From positions 128,001 through 192,000 of the forward strand of contig JBGARZ010000008.1 in NCBI GenBank assembly GCA_044229975.1: 64,000 nt of DNA, in the 5' to 3' direction. The notes under the pieces were generated by a model. The model ran no database searches and was not told where the DNA came from. It saw only the letters and a program-made list of their open reading frames with translations. The translations under genes were made by a program, and so were the position numbers. Below are positions 18,540 through 28,363 of this stretch, piece after piece (within the stretch, counting starts at the first letter, position 1; every line of letters starts with the position of its first letter). This DNA is from Polyangiales bacterium (lineage in GTDB: Bacteria > Myxococcota_A > Polyangia > Polyangiales > Ga0077539).

Positions 18540-20477
18540 ATGGCAACGCACCCTGGACCGCCCGCTGATGTTCCGTCCGTCCTGAAGCAGCTCCACCGCC
18601 CGAAGCGCGCGGTCGTCACGGCGGGGATGCCCTACGCCAACGGCCCGCTGCACCTCGGTCACCTCGCGGGCGCGCACCTCCCGCCGGACATCTACGCCCG
18701 CTGGCTGGGCATGCTCATCGGCCGCGACAACGTCCTCTTCGTGTGCGGCACCGACGAGCACGGCTCCACCAGCGAGCTCGCCGCGCTCAACGCGGGTGTG
18801 CCCATCCGGGAGTTCATCGACGGCATCCACGACCGGCAGAAGCGCACCCTGGAGCGCTACTCCATCAGCCTCGACACCTTCAGCGGAACCTCCCGCCCCG
18901 ACACCTTCCCCATCCACCAGGAGGTCTGTCAGGACTTCCTCCGTCGGCTCCACGCCAACGGGCTGCTGGAGAAGCGCGCGAGCCGCCAGTGGTTCGACCC
19001 GAAGGTGCAGCGCTTCCTGCCCGATCGCTTCGTGCGCGGGCGGTGCCCCAACCCGAAGTGCGACAACCTCGAAGCGTTCAGTGACGAGTGCGACCGCTGC
19101 GGCGCGCAGTACGAGCCGACGGCCCTCATCGACCCGCGCAGCAGTGTGAGCGACGCCACGCCCGAGATGCGCGACACGACCCATTGGTTTCTCGACATGT
19201 GGTCGGTGTCCGAGACGCTGCGCGAGTGGCTGCAGGCGAAGCAGAAGACCTGGCGGGCTTCGATGCTGGCTGACGTGCTCGACCGGGTGATGCCGTCGCT
19301 GCGCTTCGCGGGTGACCGCGAGAAGGACTACGTCGCGATCAAGGCGACGCTGCCGAAGCACAAGAGCAAGTACGCGCAGGGCAAGCAGGTGGTGTTGCAG
19401 TTCGGCAACAAGGTCGACCTCGACACCGGGCGCACGATGCTGAAGGAGCTCGGCATCGAGACGGCGCTGGTGTCCGAGTGGGCGCACCGGTCGATCACGC
19501 GCGACATCGCGTGGGGCGTTCCGCTGCCCGAGCTCGACGCCGACTTCGACGTCACGGGGAAGACGCTCTACGTGTGGCCCGACTCGCTCATCGCGCCGAT
19601 CTCGTTCACGCAGGTGGCGCTGAAGGAGCGGGGCGAAGACCCGTCGCGCGTCGACGAGTTCTGGCGCGACCCGGAGTCGCGGATCGTCCAGTTTCTCGGG
19701 CAGGACAACGTGTTCTTCTACGTGCTGATGCAGGGCGCGATGTGGCTCGGCACGCAGGCCGACCCGCACCGTCAGCCGCGCGTGGGCGAGCTCCAGATGA
19801 CCGACATCTTCGGCTGCTTCCACCTGCTGGTGAACGGCGAGAAGATGAGCAAGACGCGCGGCAACTTCTACTCGGGCGACCAGCTCCTCGACGAGAAGGG
19901 CTACACGGCCGACCAGCTCCGCTACTACCTCGCGCTGCTCGGGCTCCCGGAGAAGTCGTCGGACTTCGACTTCAACAAGCTCGACGAACGCAATCGCTTC
20001 CTCGCGGGCCCCATGAACGCCGCCTTCGAGAAGCCCATCTCCGCGGCGCACGCGCGCTTCGGGGGTGTGGTTCCCGATGGGGTGCTGCTCGACAAGGTGG
20101 CGGCCGACACGCTGCGCATCGTGCAGCGCTACGTGCGCTCGATGGACAAGGCCGACTACCCCACGCTGCTCTACGAGATCGAGAACTACGCGCGCACCAT
20201 CAACAGCTTGTTCACGCAGCACAAGCCGCACGACGACCGGCACCCCGAGGAGGCGCGGCGCAACGCGCTCTACTCGTGCTTCTACGTGCTCAAGACGCTG
20301 ATGATCATGCTGTACCCCTTCGTGCCCGACACGATGGACCGGCTGCGCGAGTCGCTGCGGCTGCCGAAGACGGTGTTCAACGTCGACGAGCTGGGTACGC
20401 CCATCGCCGCGGGCCACGAGCTCGGAGCGAAGGACGTGTACTTCCCCGCGGTGGCCGAAGCGCCCGCCGCGACGTAG
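18540..20477 (+). CDS. Methionyl-tRNA synthetase-like paralogue (two-knuckle type, no C-terminal tRNA-binding domain, divergent specificity residues)
   Basis: PYANGPLHLGH, CGTDEHG, CPNPKC...CDRCG, KMSKT, anticodon-binding helical bundle. Confidence 0.9.
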   Translation: MATHPGPPADVPSVLKQLHRPKRAVVTAGMPYANGPLHLGHLAGAHLPPDIYARWLGMLIGRDNVLFVCGTDEHGSTSELAALNAGVPIREFIDGIHDRQKRTLERYSISLDTFSGTSRPDTFPIHQEVCQDFLRRLHANGLLEKRASRQWFDPKVQRFLPDRFVRGRCPNPKCDNLEAFSDECDRCGAQYEPTALIDPRSSVSDATPEMRDTTHWFLDMWSVSETLREWLQAKQKTWRASMLADVLDRVMPSLRFAGDREKDYVAIKATLPKHKSKYAQGKQVVLQFGNKVDLDTGRTMLKELGIETALVSEWAHRSITRDIAWGVPLPELDADFDVTGKTLYVWPDSLIAPISFTQVALKERGEDPSRVDEFWRDPESRIVQFLGQDNVFFYVLMQGAMWLGTQADPHRQPRVGELQMTDIFGCFHLLVNGEKMSKTRGNFYSGDQLLDEKGYTADQLRYYLALLGLPEKSSDFDFNKLDERNRFLAGPMNAAFEKPISAAHARFGGVVPDGVLLDKVAADTLRIVQRYVRSMDKADYPTLLYEIENYARTINSLFTQHKPHDDRHPEEARRNALYSCFYVLKTLMIMLYPFVPDTMDRLRESLRLPKTVFNVDELGTPIAAGHELGAKDVYFPAVAEAPAAT

Positions 20478-20480
20478 CCG

Positions 20481-21458
20481 TCAAAACGCCACCACGCAGC
20501 TCGCGCCGCCCCATGTCGGCGCGCACCGCAGCGACACCCGCGTCGATCCCGCGCGCGGCGCCGTCGCCAGCAGCGCCACGCCCGTCCCCAGCAGCACACC
20601 GCCCGCGACGTACCCGGTGACCATCAGCGCCGTCGCGAGGTCGATGGTCGACACCCGATCGACGCACTCGCTGCCGCCCACCACCGCGCCCGTCACGCCA
20701 TCGTACCCGCAGCCGAAGTCCGTCGCGCTCGCGACCGACACCTCGCGCGCCACGTGGCTCGCCACGCCGCCGATCACCAGCACCCCGCCCGTCACCACCG
20801 ACGCGAGACCCAGCGTCGACCACACCGGGCTCCGTGTCGGAACCTCCACCCGCGCGGGCGGCCCCACCACGACCACCTCGGGCCGCTCGACCGGCGCCAC
20901 CGACTGCACCGCGACCAGCGTCACCGTCTCGCGCGCCATCTCGCTCGCGGTCACCACCACCGAGCGCTGCGCCGTCACGTAGCCCGCGGCGCTCACCTCC
21001 AGCAGCACCGTCCCCGCGCTCGCCCAGAGCGGCTCGGACAGCGGCAGCGTCCCGCCGTCGCGGCCGTCGACGCGCACCGTGGCGCCCTCCACGGCACCCA
21101 GCACCTCGATGCGACCGAGGTGCTCGCGGATGGTCCGACGCTCCTCTTCGAGCGACGCGCGGCGCGCGGTGATCCACGGGTCGCCCTCCGTCGCGAGGGC
21201 CTCGCTCATGTGCTGCTGGGCGTCGAGCCAGCGACCGAGCGCCTGCTCCGCGCGCGCCATCTGGGCTCGCGCACGAGGCGAGTGCGTCTCGTCCCACAGG
21301 GCGGTGAGCCGGGTGAGTGCCTCGGCGTCGCGTTGCTGCATCCGCAGCGCGAGGGCCTCCGCGATGCGAGCGTCCAGGGTCGTCGGGTCGGGCGGAGTCT
21401 GCGCCGACGCCGCGCCCCCCATCAGCGCCACCACGAGCGCGACACCAACGGGTCTCAC
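20481..21458 (-). CDS. TPR/PEGA-domain membrane protein
   Basis: Signal peptide, short TPR-like helices, GATVRVDG...V.A.GY PEGA motif, C-terminal hydrophobic segments. Confidence 0.8.
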   Translation of the reverse strand: MRPVGVALVVALMGGAASAQTPPDPTTLDARIAEALALRMQQRDAEALTRLTALWDETHSPRARAQMARAEQALGRWLDAQQHMSEALATEGDPWITARRASLEEERRTIREHLGRIEVLGAVEGATVRVDGRDGGTLPLSEPLWASAGTVLLEVSAAGYVTAQRSVVVTASEMARETVTLVAVQSVAPVERPEVVVVGPPARVEVPTRSPVWSTLGLASVVTGGVLVIGGVASHVAREVSVASATDFGCGYDGVTGAVVGGSECVDRVSTIDLATALMVTGYVAGGVLLGTGVALLATAPRAGSTRVSLRCAPTWGGASCVVAF

Positions 21459-21583
21459 GGGCGCGCCTCTTCAGGTCGTTGCACCCGCTGGCGAGCCGGG
21501 GTGCAGGCGCGGGACGCGACCAACCCCGGTCTGCGAGCAGCCGCAACGACCTTGCGAAGAGTAGCTCCCACCGCCGCGACCGA

Positions 21584-22975
21584 TCAGTCCTCGATCACCG
21601 AGCCGTTGGGGCCCAGCACCCGTCGCCGCACGCCCGCGTCGACCGCCGCACCACTCCCCGCGTCGGAGCCGCCCGTCCGCACGTCGGTCCGCCGCGTCGT
21701 CGGTGGGCGCTGCGCGACGCGCACCACCGGCGGCGTCGGAACCACCACCGGCGCCGCAGCCGCCACCGCCACCGGCGCCGCAGCCGCCACCACCACCGGC
21801 GCGGGCGTCTCTTCGTGCCTCGGCACCACGGCCGGCACGGGCGCCACCGCGCGCTCCGAGCGCAGCGCATCGATGCCCGCCAGCGCCAGCGCGATCGCCG
21901 CCGTCGCGCCCAGGACCACCGGCCACCGCGGACCCGACGTCGGGCGGCCGTCGGGCCGGTGCAGCGTCTGCGGATCGACCTCGCGGGAGAGCTGCCCCGG
22001 CGTCGCCGAGGCCCGGGCGGGGGGCGCCGCCGGAGCGAGCTCCACCGGGCCGCCGACGAAGACCTCCGACCACTCCTCTCGCGCCTTCGCCGAGGCGAAG
22101 GGCAGCAGCGCCGCGCCCATCGCCCGCGCCGACTCGAAGCGCGCCGCGGGGGACTTCTCCAGCGCCCGCAGCACCACCGCCTCCAACGCTGCGGGGAGAT
22201 CCGTACGCAGCTCGCGCGGTGGCTTCACGGGCTGCGTCGCCACGCGGTGCAGGATGGAGATCATCCCCTCGCCCTCGAAGGCCCGGCGCCCCGTCAGGCA
22301 CTCGTAGAGAATCGCCCCCAGCGAGAACTGATCGCTGCGACCGTCGATGTCGCGGAAGTTCTCGGCCTGCTCGGGGGACATGTACGAGGGCGTGCCGAGC
22401 AGCGCGCCGGAGCCGGTGAGCGTCCCTTTCTGATCGGGCAGGTCGCCGCCGAGCTTCACGATGCCGAAGTCGAGCACCTTGGGAACCGCCGCCCCGCGCG
22501 GCCCCACCCTCGCCAGGAAGATGTTGTCGGGCTTCAGGTCGCGGTGAACGATGCCCTGCCCGTGCGCCATCGCGATGGCGTCGAGCACCGGCAACAACAC
22601 GTCGAGCGTCGCCTCGGCGCTCATCGCTCCGTCGCGCTCGCAGCGCGCGCGCAGCGTCTCGCCCTCCAGAAACTCCATCACCAGGTACGGCTGCCCCTCG
22701 AACACCCCGACGTCGGTGACGTCCACCACGTGCGGGTGCCGCATCGCCGACGCCGCCACCGCCTCACGCGAGAACCGCGCCCGCACCGTCGGGTGCAGCG
22801 CAAACTCACGGTGCAGCACCTTCAGCGCGACGCGCTTCTTCAGCTCGCGGTGCGTCGCCTCGTAGACCGCGCCGAAGCCTCCGCGACCGAGGAGCGCGAC
22901 GACCTCGTACCGCCCGAGCCGCGTGCCCGGCAGCAGGTCTTCGGGGGGTTCCGATGGGTCGGGCAGCGACTGCAC
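21584..22975 (-). CDS. Membrane Ser/Thr protein kinase
   Basis: GRGGFG, VALK, HRDLKPDN, DFG, GTPSYMSPEQ; TM near C-terminus. Confidence 0.95.
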   Translation of the reverse strand: MQSLPDPSEPPEDLLPGTRLGRYEVVALLGRGGFGAVYEATHRELKKRVALKVLHREFALHPTVRARFSREAVAASAMRHPHVVDVTDVGVFEGQPYLVMEFLEGETLRARCERDGAMSAEATLDVLLPVLDAIAMAHGQGIVHRDLKPDNIFLARVGPRGAAVPKVLDFGIVKLGGDLPDQKGTLTGSGALLGTPSYMSPEQAENFRDIDGRSDQFSLGAILYECLTGRRAFEGEGMISILHRVATQPVKPPRELRTDLPAALEAVVLRALEKSPAARFESARAMGAALLPFASAKAREEWSEVFVGGPVELAPAAPPARASATPGQLSREVDPQTLHRPDGRPTSGPRWPVVLGATAAIALALAGIDALRSERAVAPVPAVVPRHEETPAPVVVAAAAPVAVAAAAPVVVPTPPVVRVAQRPPTTRRTDVRTGGSDAGSGAAVDAGVRRRVLGPNGSVIED

Positions 22976-23003
22976 GCGCGGCAGTATGCCAGAAGCTCAG
23001 CCG

Positions 23004-24437
<1,434 letters not shown>

Positions 24438-24526
24438 GCTCGTCCTCGGCTGACTCCCCTCCACGTCCCTTCCCCACGACGCAGGCCGCGCCCCCAGTGA
24501 CGGGCGCGGAGAGTCTTCGAGGTCCG

Positions 24527-24988
24527 ATGAGCAGGTCATTGCCCTGGTTTTTACGGCTTTGCCGCGGCGCGCTCGCTCGCCGCGACGTCATCGAGCGGAT
24601 GTCCCACGCGCTCCATCGCGCGCATCGGGTCGACCCCGGCGAGGCGCTGCACGCGTTCGGGTTCAAGTGCGACGAGCTGGTCTTCGCGCGCTCGTTGCTG
24701 GAGCGTCACCCGCGCTTCTGGCTGTTTCGCACCCATCAACAGCGGCGCTGCGGCGACTTCGCCGTCGTCGACCTGTCGTCGCCCGACCCGACGCGACGGG
24801 TGCTCCGCGTGCTGGAGCTGAAGCGCGCGGAGGCTGTTCGGGTCGACCGCGGCGCCGGACTTCAGTTGGCCAACGCCGCGGCGCTGGGCGCGCTTCTGGC
24901 GGAGACGGGCGTCGTCGCGGAGGGCGCGGCCATCGAGCGGTTGACGGGCGACGGGCGGGCGCTCGCGACCTGGCTCGGTGGTGCGTAG
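24527..24988 (+). CDS. Hypothetical protein, possible PD-(D/E)XK fold
   Basis: E...CGDFAVVD...LRVLELK...Q motif spacing. Confidence 0.6.
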   Translation: MSRSLPWFLRLCRGALARRDVIERMSHALHRAHRVDPGEALHAFGFKCDELVFARSLLERHPRFWLFRTHQQRRCGDFAVVDLSSPDPTRRVLRVLELKRAEAVRVDRGAGLQLANAAALGALLAETGVVAEGAAIERLTGDGRALATWLGGA

Positions 24989-25024
24989 GTCCATCGGCCG
25001 GACGGTGTACCGTCGCGGCTACTC

Positions 25025-25993
25025 ATGGGTACCTTCCGTCGCGCACTCGCTCTCTCCCTCTTCGCCGTCGCATGCAGCAGCGAGGTCGTCACCGTCGAGG
25101 ACCCCGGCTATGACGCCGGGAAGGCCGAGGACATCGTCGCTCCCACCGACCGTTCGCCCTTGGTCGATGCGGGCTCTCCCGCCGACGTCCCCGCCGCGCC
25201 CGTCGACGCGAGCGCTCCGATGGACGTTGGCACCGCCACTGTCGACGTCGTTCGGCCGCCCGTCGACGTCGCCGCACCCGGCGACTGCCGGAGCAACAGC
25301 GACTGCGACCGACGTAGCTTCTGCGCCTCCGACACCTGCGACGGACCGGGCCGCTGCGAGCCTCGCCCCGAGGGCTGCGCGACCGTGTACCTCCCCGTCT
25401 GCGGCTGCGACGGGCGCACCTACGGCAACACCTGCGAGGCCGCCGCCAGCGGAGCCCGTGTGCGCGACCGTGGCACCTGCGCGACGCCCCCCGACGCGGG
25501 CACACCGCGCGACGTGCCGACCATCGACAACGGCACGACACCGCGCGATGTCCCGACGACGGACACTGGCGTCACCCGCGACGTCCCGGCGATGGACACC
25601 GGCGCCGACGTCCCGGCCCGTGACTCGGGCATCGCGGCCGATGTTCAGCCCGGCGGGCGCTGCGTCACCAACGACGACTGCGGGTCGAGCACCCTGTACT
25701 GCGCGGGCGACCGCTGCGGCGCGGCGGGTACCTGCGCCATCCGACCGCGACTCTGCTCCACCCTCTACAGCCCCGTGTGCGGCTGCGACGGCGTCACCTA
25801 CAGCAACGAGTGCAACGCCGCGAGCGCCGGAGCGCGTGTGTCCGCCCGCGGCGCGTGCCTCACGACCCGCGACAGCGGCCTCTCGCGCTGCGCGCTCATC
25901 GACTGCCGCGCAGGACTGCTGTGCTGCGACAACCCCGGGTCGATCAACGACGGTCGTTGTTACGACCCGCTCTGCCTCGCCTGCTGCCGCTGA
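25025..25993 (+). CDS. Kazal-domain Cys-rich lipoprotein
   Basis: AVAC lipobox; two PVCGCDG.TY.N.C.A motifs. Confidence 0.88.
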   Translation: MGTFRRALALSLFAVACSSEVVTVEDPGYDAGKAEDIVAPTDRSPLVDAGSPADVPAAPVDASAPMDVGTATVDVVRPPVDVAAPGDCRSNSDCDRRSFCASDTCDGPGRCEPRPEGCATVYLPVCGCDGRTYGNTCEAAASGARVRDRGTCATPPDAGTPRDVPTIDNGTTPRDVPTTDTGVTRDVPAMDTGADVPARDSGIAADVQPGGRCVTNDDCGSSTLYCAGDRCGAAGTCAIRPRLCSTLYSPVCGCDGVTYSNECNAASAGARVSARGACLTTRDSGLSRCALIDCRAGLLCCDNPGSINDGRCYDPLCLACCR

Positions 25994-26054
25994 ACACGCG
26001 CCGCCACCGATCGTTGCCGCCGGTCTCCGGCCCGTGCTACCCGGTGGGCCTTCC

Positions 26055-27101
26055 ATGGGAGCGCCTTCGGTCCAGGGTTTTCGCTCGGTTCGCGGCCACG
26101 ACGCCGCTGTCGCGCTCCTGCGTCGTGCCATCGAGCAGGGCCGCGTCGCCAGCGCGTACCTCTTCGCGGGCCCGCAGGGCGTCGGCAAGGACCGCGTCGC
26201 CCTCGCCCTCGCCCAGGTCATGAACTGCACCGCGCGCCGCGACGGCGACGCGTGCGGCGAGTGCTCCCACTGTCGACACATCGCCGACGGGCAGTTCGTC
26301 GACCTGATGGTGCTCAAGCGCGAGTTTCGCGACTCGGTCTCCGCCCGCGACCGCGAGTCCGACGACCCCGACGAGAAGAAGCTCCGCATGGAGATCGTCG
26401 TCGACCAGATCGACGCCGTCGTGAGCCGCATGGCCTTCCGGCCCCACGAGGGCGGCACCCGCTGGGTGATCGTTCGCGAGGCTGATCGGCTCAACCCGAG
26501 CGCGGCCAACAAGCTCCTCAAGACCCTCGAAGAGCCGCCGGCCAACACGCACTTCGTGCTGCTCTCGCACCGCCCCTCGGCGCTGCTCCCCACCATCCGC
26601 TCGCGCTGCCAGACCGTGAACTTCGGCCTCCTCGACGAGGCCGACGTGCGCGCCATCCTCGCGGGCCTCGACCTCGCGCCCGACCACATCGCCGAGCTCC
26701 TGCCGCTCGCCGAGGGCAGCGTCGGCCGCGCCCTCGTCTATCAAGACCCCAAGCACCTCGCGGCCCGCAAGAAGCTCCTCGACGAGATGCTCGCCACGCT
26801 GCGCACCAGCGGGGTCGCCGTCGGCAGCTTCGTCGAGCTCGCCACCCGCTACAAAGACCCGCCCGAGAAGGCCGACCAGTTCGGCCGCGCCGCGCTCGAC
26901 GAGACCCTCGCGCTGCTCTACCGCCACCTCCGCAACGAGGCCGTCGCCGCCGCCACCAAGGCCGCGCGCCAGTCCATCGTCAACGCGCACCGCGCGGAGA
27001 TCGTTCGCGAGACCATGGAGCTGCTCGACGGGCCCACCAGCTTCAACGTCGGCATGCACCTGCAAGCGATGCTCGTGCGCCTCCGCGAGGTGCGCGCGTG
27101 A
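26055..27101 (+). CDS. holB: DNA polymerase III subunit delta'
   Basis: AYLFAGPQGVGK, CGECSHC, AANKLLKTLEEP, LLPTIRSRC; conserved holB-ricT-metG-tatD context. Confidence 0.93.
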   Translation: MGAPSVQGFRSVRGHDAAVALLRRAIEQGRVASAYLFAGPQGVGKDRVALALAQVMNCTARRDGDACGECSHCRHIADGQFVDLMVLKREFRDSVSARDRESDDPDEKKLRMEIVVDQIDAVVSRMAFRPHEGGTRWVIVREADRLNPSAANKLLKTLEEPPANTHFVLLSHRPSALLPTIRSRCQTVNFGLLDEADVRAILAGLDLAPDHIAELLPLAEGSVGRALVYQDPKHLAARKKLLDEMLATLRTSGVAVGSFVELATRYKDPPEKADQFGRAALDETLALLYRHLRNEAVAAATKAARQSIVNAHRAEIVRETMELLDGPTSFNVGMHLQAMLVRLREVRA

Positions 27102-28297
27102 GCGACCGCCGCCCGTCCCGCCGCCCGCCAGCGCCCGCGGGTGAGGCCAACCGCCCGTCGAAGGCGCCACCGCCGCCCGGTGCGCGTCCGTCGAAGGCGC
27201 CACCTCCGCCCGGTGCACGTCTCTCGCGACCGCCGCCCGCGCCCGGTGCGCGCCCGTCGAAGCCGCCGCCTCCCAACGCGCGCCCGTCGAAGGCACCGCC
27301 GCCACCTGCTCCGCGACCCGCGCCGCAGCCGCGAGCGCCGCAGCCGTCGACCGTCATCGTCGCCCCGCGCCGCGTGCATCTCCCGCTCGAAAGCCACGCG
27401 GCCGACGTCGACCCGTACGGCGAGCCCGACTTCCCCGACGACACCTCCTCGGGCCGCGCCGCCCTCATGAACGTCGTCCTCGTCCGCCTCCCCGACGCCC
27501 CGCGCGCCACGCTGGCCGACGCCGGGGCGCTGCTGCTGCGCAAGGGCGACACCGTGCTCCTCGAGATCGAGCGCAGCACCACGCTCGCGGTGGTGGCGTT
27601 TCCGTCGCGGCGGCAGCTCGTCGAGTCGCGGATGCTGCCACGCGTGCTGCGGCGCTCGGACGAGGGCGACCTGAAGGCCGAGACCCGCGCGCGCTTGAAG
27701 GAGGCCGAGGCGGTTCGCGCCGCGCACGGCATCGTGGCGACGCTCAAGCTGCCCGCGAAGGTGCTGCGCGCCGAGGTCGCCAACAACGGCCAGCGCGTGG
27801 TGGTGCACCTCTCCAGCGACGACCGCATCGAGCTGCGCGAGCTCGGTCGACAGCTCAACAACGCGCTGCGCACGCGCGTCGAGATCCGCCACGTCGGGGC
27901 GCGCGACGCCGCGAAGGCCGTCGGCGGCGTCGGCCCGTGCGGGCTCCAGCTGTGCTGCAACACCTTCCTCGCGGACTTCGCGCCGGTGTCCATCCGACAC
28001 GCCAAGGAGCAGGGCCTCGCGCTCAAGCCCGAGCGGGTGAGCGGCGTGTGCGGTCGGCTCATGTGCTGCCTCGTCTACGAAGACGCGTTCTACCGGTCGC
28101 AGCGCTCGCTCTTCCCCAAGCCGGGCAAGCGGGTGATGACCCCGAAGGGCGAAGGCCGCGTGCGCGACGTCGACGTGCTGGCCCGAACCGTTCGGGTGGC
28201 GCTCAACGACGCCGGGGTCGAGACGTTTTCCGTGGATGCGCTATCACTGGCGTCCCCCGCGACGGGCGACCCGTCCGCCGCGACTCCACACGACTGA
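27098..28297 (+). CDS. ricT: PSP1-domain / RicT (YaaT) protein with Pro-rich N-terminal repeats
   Basis: GGVGPCGLQLCC, SGVCGRLMCCL; position after holB. Confidence 0.9.
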   Translation: MSDRRPSRRPPAPAGEANRPSKAPPPPGARPSKAPPPPGARLSRPPPAPGARPSKPPPPNARPSKAPPPPAPRPAPQPRAPQPSTVIVAPRRVHLPLESHAADVDPYGEPDFPDDTSSGRAALMNVVLVRLPDAPRATLADAGALLLRKGDTVLLEIERSTTLAVVAFPSRRQLVESRMLPRVLRRSDEGDLKAETRARLKEAEAVRAAHGIVATLKLPAKVLRAEVANNGQRVVVHLSSDDRIELRELGRQLNNALRTRVEIRHVGARDAAKAVGGVGPCGLQLCCNTFLADFAPVSIRHAKEQGLALKPERVSGVCGRLMCCLVYEDAFYRSQRSLFPKPGKRVMTPKGEGRVRDVDVLARTVRVALNDAGVETFSVDALSLASPATGDPSAATPHD

Positions 28298-28363
28298 CCC
28301 TTCTCCCTCCCTGAAGTGTCCCTCTCCCGATTCAGGCGGAGGGCTCTAGCGAAGACCCGTCCC

